32,000 nt of DNA, from contig NC_009925.1 of assembly GCF_000018105.1 (NCBI RefSeq), forward strand, positions 2,940,001 to 2,972,000. The letters run 5' to 3'. Both the position numbers and the translations under genes were made by a program. Shown piece after piece: positions 29,378-32,000 of this stretch (position 1 is the first letter of the stretch; every line of letters starts with the position of its first letter). The DNA comes from Acaryochloris marina MBIC11017. GTDB lineage: Bacteria; Cyanobacteriota; Cyanobacteriia; Thermosynechococcales; Thermosynechococcaceae. The notes beneath the pieces are model-generated. The model was not told the DNA's origin. It was given only the letters and a program-made list of their open reading frames with translations, and made no database searches.

Positions 29378-30382
29378 ATGCCACGCCGTCGTACAAAGAC
29401 TTCTGGGTTACATCGTTGGTCACGACCACTGATTGGAGCCCTTGCTGTTTTGGGGGCTACGAATACAGGATATTTGACGGCCACCAAACTGGCAGGTGGA
29501 GAAGCAGCCTGTCCTACAGAGGGATGCGATCTGGTTCTGTCTAGTCCCTATGCCACCGTCTTAGGTCAACCCTTAGCCTTATTTGGCCTGCTGGCTTATA
29601 TTGCCATGGCTATTTTTGCCTTGGCCCCCCTGGCCATCGGTGGCGACAACAAAGAGTTGCGAGCAACCGCTGAGAACACCACCTGGTTCCTGTTATTTAT
29701 GGGATCCACGGCCATGATGTTCTTCAGTTGGTATCTGATGTACATCATGTACGCTAAGTTTGTGGTGCCCTATGGTGCGGGAGCCATTTGTATTTATTGC
29801 GTTGCTTCAGCTACGCTGGCCACGTTAATGTTCCTGCTCACCATTCTGGGGCGATCTTGGGAAGATGCCGGTCAGCTGATCTTTACAGGCATTATTGTTT
29901 CAGTGGTGACGTTAGTCGGCACCTTAGGCATTTACTCACAGATTGATCGGCCCGTCGCAGCCAATTCAGATACGGAGTACAAGGTCACGTCTGGAACGGG
30001 TCAAGTGTTCTTTACCATCACTGATTCATCTGGAGAAGCCGAACTGGAGTTAGCGAAACATCTCAAACAAACGGATGCCAAAATGTTCGGCGCCTTTTGG
30101 TGTCCCCATTGCGCGGATCAGAAAAAATTGTTTGGTGTCCAAGCCATTTCTGAAATGCCTTACGTCGAATGTGCACCAGAAGGCCCTAGTCCTCAAGTCG
30201 ATTTATGTACGGAGGAATTAGGCAAAGCCAGCGAGAAGCTGCGACCTATCATTGGCCGAGATGCCGGTTTTCCAACTTGGAAGATTGGCGATAACTACTA
30301 TTCGGGTCAGCAATCTTTAATCGATTTAGCAGAATATTCCGGTTATCAGGGTCCCAAAAACTTCAAGAATGTACTGCAATAA
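29378..30382 (+). CDS. Vitamin K epoxide reductase (VKOR) fused to a thioredoxin-like domain
   Basis: VKOR loop cysteines 'CPTEGCDLVLSSPYA', membrane CxxC 'CIYCV', and C-terminal Trx-like 'FWCPHC'. This architecture is known from cyanobacterial VKOR homologs. Confidence 0.9.
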   Translation: MPRRRTKTSGLHRWSRPLIGALAVLGATNTGYLTATKLAGGEAACPTEGCDLVLSSPYATVLGQPLALFGLLAYIAMAIFALAPLAIGGDNKELRATAENTTWFLLFMGSTAMMFFSWYLMYIMYAKFVVPYGAGAICIYCVASATLATLMFLLTILGRSWEDAGQLIFTGIIVSVVTLVGTLGIYSQIDRPVAANSDTEYKVTSGTGQVFFTITDSSGEAELELAKHLKQTDAKMFGAFWCPHCADQKKLFGVQAISEMPYVECAPEGPSPQVDLCTEELGKASEKLRPIIGRDAGFPTWKIGDNYYSGQQSLIDLAEYSGYQGPKNFKNVLQ

Positions 30383-30385
30383 TTT

Positions 30386-30979
30386 TTAGCGACTGCTGTA
30401 GCGCTCTTCTGCCCAGGGCTCTCCCCGACGGTGATATCCGTTTGCTTCCCAAAACCCAAGCTGTTCGTGATCCAAAAATTCTAAACTGTTCAGCCACTTT
30501 CCACTCTTCCAGGCATAGAGGTGGGGCACAACCAGACGTAGCGGCCCACCATGATCGGTGGGGAGTGTTTGTCCATCTAACGTATGGGCAAAGAAGCTTT
30601 GCTCATGTAGGAAATCGTCGAGGGTGAGATTCGTCGTGTAGCCCCCATAACAATGCTGCATCACATGGGTAACACCTGGCTGCAGCTCGATAAGCTGCAT
30701 AAACTCAGATACAGCAAAACCGGCCCAGCTTACATCTAGCTTGGACCAGTGAGTCACACAATGAAAATCAGCGGTGAAATTCGATTGAGGTAAGGCTAGG
30801 ATATCGGACCAGGCAAAGGTTTGTTCCTTAACTAAGCCCCAAACCTTCAATTGCCAATCTTGGGGGGTAATGTGCGGCGTTTCACCATAGGTCAGAACTG
30901 GAAACCGATTCGCTAGATGCTGCCCCGGAGGAACACGCTGCTTTTCGCTTATGTTGGGTTTGCGAAAATACTTACCCAC
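30386..30979 (-). CDS. Sulfite-oxidase-like molybdopterin-dependent oxidoreductase
   Basis: Motifs 'FHCVTHWSK', 'GGYTTNL', 'HGGPLRLVVPHLYAWKSGKWL' and a C-terminal 'GYH..G.PW.EERY'. GTG start 5 nt after the rpmF stop. Confidence 0.8.
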   Translation of the reverse strand: MGKYFRKPNISEKQRVPPGQHLANRFPVLTYGETPHITPQDWQLKVWGLVKEQTFAWSDILALPQSNFTADFHCVTHWSKLDVSWAGFAVSEFMQLIELQPGVTHVMQHCYGGYTTNLTLDDFLHEQSFFAHTLDGQTLPTDHGGPLRLVVPHLYAWKSGKWLNSLEFLDHEQLGFWEANGYHRRGEPWAEERYSSR

Positions 30980-30984
30980 GTCCC

Positions 30985-31164
30985 TTACTCATCATCGTCT
31001 TCGTCGTCATCCTTAGTCGGATATTCAAAGCCTTTGGCTCGGCCTGTGAGAATAGATTTACCAGTAGACAGCGCTCTTTGAGCAGCTAAATTTGCTTTGC
31101 GGTTCCAATGGGCTCGACGAGAATCGCGCTTAGAATTGGATGTCTTTTTCTTTGGGACAGCCAT
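30985..31164 (-). CDS. rpmF: 50S ribosomal protein L32
   Basis: Hand translation of the minus strand gives [59 protein letters not shown] (59 aa). The '[14 protein letters not shown]' N-terminus is the L32 signature. It falls below the ORF-track length cut-off. Confidence 0.9.
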   Translation of the reverse strand: MAVPKKKTSNSKRDSRRAHWNRKANLAAQRALSTGKSILTGRAKGFEYPTKDDDEDDDE

Positions 31165-31399
31165 GGGTATCGATTAGGAAATAAAAATACAGCTTTGCCA
31201 TCTTAACATTGAACTCTTGAGCAAGCGCTAATCATACTAGGAGACATGGGACAGAGATCCTCTCAAGCAATCTCTAGGACCAAATTTAGTGCCTAGATGT
31301 CGATAACAACTTAATTTTTCACTGGATATCCTCTCACTACAACAAAAGGATGCTGCTCTCTTCCGATAAGATTGCTGAAATTTCTGAAGATGTACGCCG

Positions 31400-32000
31400 T
31401 TGAATCGCCACTCCTCCCAGCAGGCTCACGATTTTTTACATCAATCATCCCTAGGTCTAGCGATTGTCGGCATTGTGCTGATGACACCGTTTTCCATCAA
31501 TAATTTTCTACAAGGACGGCATTTACTGGGTGTAGGTGGACTGTTAATCAATGGAATTTTTGCCTTCAATACCTGGACCATCACGAAACGCAATTACTAT
31601 TCCGATACTCTCACCCTGCTAGTGCTGGTGCCTATCGTCATCTTCTTTCTCAATCTGACATTTATTCAGCAAGGGATAATCGGAATTTTTTGGTGTTATC
31701 CCTCTGTTATTGCCTGCTACTTTATGCTGCCAGAGCGGAAAGCGTGGATCGCCAATCTCACGCTACTGTCCATTACCTTCCCCATTGCCTGGCACATTAT
31801 TGAGCAAGCCTTAGCCATTCGGATGATCTCGACAGTAGTAATGGTGAGCATTTTTTCCGCGATTTTTGTTCGAGTGATCAATCGCCCAACAACAGAAACT
31901 CAAGCTTCAAGCCATCACAGATCCACTGACTGGGTTACTGAACCGAACGTCCCTCCATGAGACCCTTGAGCAAGCTATCGCCCAAAGTAAGCGGATGGGC
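31400..32000 (+). pseudogene. Membrane-sensor GGDEF diguanylate cyclase, reading frame broken by a +1 shift, 3' end outside the window
   Basis: The multi-TM N-terminal ORF (31400-31960) ends in junk sequence. A second frame, open from 31878, reads 'SIAQQQKLKLQAITDPLTGLLNRTSLHETLEQAIAQSKRMG', the canonical start of a GGDEF domain. Confidence 0.65.

Overview
This window looks like a cyanobacterial chromosomal segment. It has 12 perfect copies of the HIP1 palindrome GCGATCGC and several cyanobacteria/plastid-type genes: a PaO-type Rieske oxygenase, Ycf65/PSRP-3, a VKOR-thioredoxin fusion, a TxlA-like thioredoxin and ABA4-like/DUF4281. Most of the window is housekeeping: pyrG, ispF, trpD, ubiX, rpmF (missed by the ORF track), a ROK kinase, two tRNAs, and GNAT, VOC, MOSC, GFA, VanZ and CNNM/CorC genes. 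No transposase, integrase or CRISPR array was seen. The main candidate for an undescribed system is a tightly spaced, same-strand four-gene module at 17380-23102. It encodes an ECF-like sigma factor, a DUF1822 protein, a 1043-aa membrane protein (N-terminal CHAT caspase-like protease, class III nucleotidyl cyclase, C-terminal periplasmic CHASE2 sensor) and an exported DUF928 protein. Secondary items: two adjacent exported paralogs carrying three copies of an unrecognised ~88-aa domain (11059-12701); a DinG/XPD-like protein with degenerate ATPase motifs (25656-27200); a GGDEF gene split by a +1 frameshift at the window end (31400-32000); and structured AT-rich intergenic regions with candidate sRNA or terminator hairpins. 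All family calls come from motif recognition by eye, with no searches run.
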